IMG/VR virus record: IMGVR_UViG_3300020040_000006
Span: 1-6,060 of that record
Source of the DNA: a virus
Direction: 5' to 3' (one strand)
DNA: 6,060 nucleotides
Under the pieces are notes generated by a model, which had not been told where the DNA came from, made no database searches, and was given only the letters and a program-made list of their open reading frames with translations. A program made the position numbers and the translations under genes. This document shows positions 4,907-6,060 of this stretch, piece after piece. Within the stretch, counting starts at the first letter, position 1, and each line of letters begins with the position of its first letter.

Positions 4907-5977
4907 TTAAATGTTTAGTTGAAGTTTATAATGGTCTCTCCAAAACTGGAGAATGTCCATATCTAACCAAGTGGGAGGGTCAAAGTCGGGCATCTTGCGA
5001 GAAGAGGCGGAAAAACGCATTATTTGCTTTTGCTCCCACGTATACGACGCTCTACGGGATACGGAGGAATCGAGGGCGAACCGCTTAACGCACAGAGACA
5101 CAATACGCTTAACCAGAGGAGACTTGCTAAAACGTGCATAAGAATCAGCAGCGGTAATCGCGCGAGCAACCTCGTCTTCTGATTTGAGATATCTAAGATA
5201 ATAACGAGGAATCGAGTAATTATAACTAATACGCTTCTCAAAATCAAAATAAGACCACGACGAAGCACGGGCAGAAGGGCGAGGCATATAACCAAGAAAA
5301 TCACCAACGCCAGCAGATACGAATTTTCGCGTATAACGGCGATGTTGGAGGAGGCAAGATAAAGGCGTAAGGTTTCCATTTACGGTAACATATTTATCCG
5401 AAATTTCTTCGGGATTAAACTGAATCTGTTTAGTAACATATTTAACGCAGTATCGAGCGCGCTTATGAGTGGCTTTAGCTAACCACACAAAACCAAGGTC
5501 TCGAACGGCGGAACGAATAGTGTTATAAAGGACGTTTGTGCCAAACAAAAAACCGTGAAAATGCAGCCGAGGCTCATTTCCTGTTTCTGGATGAGTACCA
5601 AACTCCTGGAAAAAGGCATGCTTAAACGAATGACCGAGCTTGTGGCGGAGACGTTCGTTGAATCGGCGGATAAATCGAGACGGATCAAGCAAAGCTTCAT
5701 TGTAATATTTAGGCGATATGGTAATCGTAATAAAAACAGCCTGCTGATGCTCAGCCTTACATCGAGCAAGCTCACGCTCTAAACGCACGAACCAATCATT
5801 ACGCTGACGACGCAAGCAGTCCTCACACTTTCCACACGGAACCATCAACCATTGGCGGGCGATATCCCAAGGGCGAAGAGCAAGCGCAGACTTGGCAACA
5901 TCAGAGCCATCTCGGCAAGGGTTCTTCTTGTCAAAATAGCGACGGTTACGTATCCATATGGGAGAAGAGCAAGGCAT
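4907..5977 (-). CDS. VP4: Rolling-circle replication initiator, Microviridae VP4 / phiX A-like HUH endonuclease, 356 aa
   Basis: N-terminus MPCSSPIW and Cys cluster CGKCEDC (5836-5816). Motif I is VFITITISP. The HUH motif is LHFHGFLF, with H-F-H encoded by CAT TTT CAC at 5563-5555. The two-tyrosine catalytic motif YCVKYVTK (5452-5429) parallels phiX174 YVAKYVNK. The ORF track starts at a TTG (5998). I prefer the first ATG at 5977, which forms TAATG with the upstream ORF. Confidence 0.93.
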   Translation of the reverse strand: MPCSSPIWIRNRRYFDKKNPCRDGSDVAKSALALRPWDIARQWLMVPCGKCEDCLRRQRNDWFVRLERELARCKAEHQQAVFITITISPKYYNEALLDPSRFIRRFNERLRHKLGHSFKHAFFQEFGTHPETGNEPRLHFHGFLFGTNVLYNTIRSAVRDLGFVWLAKATHKRARYCVKYVTKQIQFNPEEISDKYVTVNGNLTPLSCLLQHRRYTRKFVSAGVGDFLGYMPRPSARASSWSYFDFEKRISYNYSIPRYYLRYLKSEDEVARAITAADSYARFSKSPLVKRIVSLCVKRFALDSSVSRRASYTWEQKQIMRFSASSRKMPDFDPPTWLDMDILQFWRDHYKLQLNI

Positions 5978-6060
5978 TAGAGTAAACTTCGAAGGCAATC
6001 AAATTTAATGCTGGGGTGATCGAGGCGACAACGAATAAGGTAATCATTCGCGGGTGTCTC
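5940..6060. repeat. Terminal direct redundancy (right copy), identical to 1-121
   Basis: Same comparison as above. The identity runs to the last base of the window. Confidence 0.95.

Larger units (their letters stand above)
1..5939 (-). other. One full unit of a circular Microviridae (gokusho-/alpavirus-like) ssDNA phage genome; coding sense is the minus strand of the window
   Basis: Exact 121-nt overlap of the two window ends gives a 5,939-nt circle. The gene set is VP4 Rep + VP1 capsid + VP2 pilot, all co-oriented with near-zero intergenic spacing. Size and content are typical of the family. Confidence 0.85.

Noticed and set aside
1-6060. Search for tRNA, CRISPR repeats, integrase/recombinase, transposase or defence-system genes
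   Set aside because: There are no spaced direct repeats, no cloverleaf-like segments and no ORF large enough other than VP1, VP2 and VP4. The genome is fully accounted for by phage genes and small ORFs.

Overview
The window is one complete circular genome of a small ssDNA phage of the family Microviridae (gokushovirus/alpavirus-like), plus a 121-nt terminal redundancy. Positions 1-121 are identical to 5940-6060, so the unit length is 5,939 nt. All credible genes lie on the minus strand, which is therefore the viral/mRNA-sense strand. They are tightly packed, with gaps of 1-12 nt and one TAATG stop/start overlap. Order along the minus strand: basic 107-aa ORF (361->38, crossing the circular junction), rolling-circle Rep VP4 (5977->4907), major capsid VP1 (4903->3110), acidic 98-aa ORF (3097->2801), small lipobox-bearing ORF (2667->2476), and pilot/minor capsid VP2-like protein (2474->1224). 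After an 86-nt gap comes a two-gene cassette of unknown function (1137->820 and 808->485). The gap contains a perfect Bacteroidota-type promoter (TTTG-N19-TAcaTTTG), and the cassette ends at the only strong intrinsic terminator (438->403). None of the eight inspected gene starts has a Shine-Dalgarno sequence, which together with the promoter suggests a Bacteroidota host. The items most worth follow-up are the small lipoprotein ORF (a lysis candidate in a family with no known lysis gene outside phiX-like phages), the separately transcribed accessory cassette, and a 19/20-nt repeat whose viral-strand core CTTGATAT matches the phiX174 origin nick-site core. I saw no tRNA, rRNA, CRISPR array, integrase or transposase. 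All functional calls come from reading motifs by eye, with no database search.
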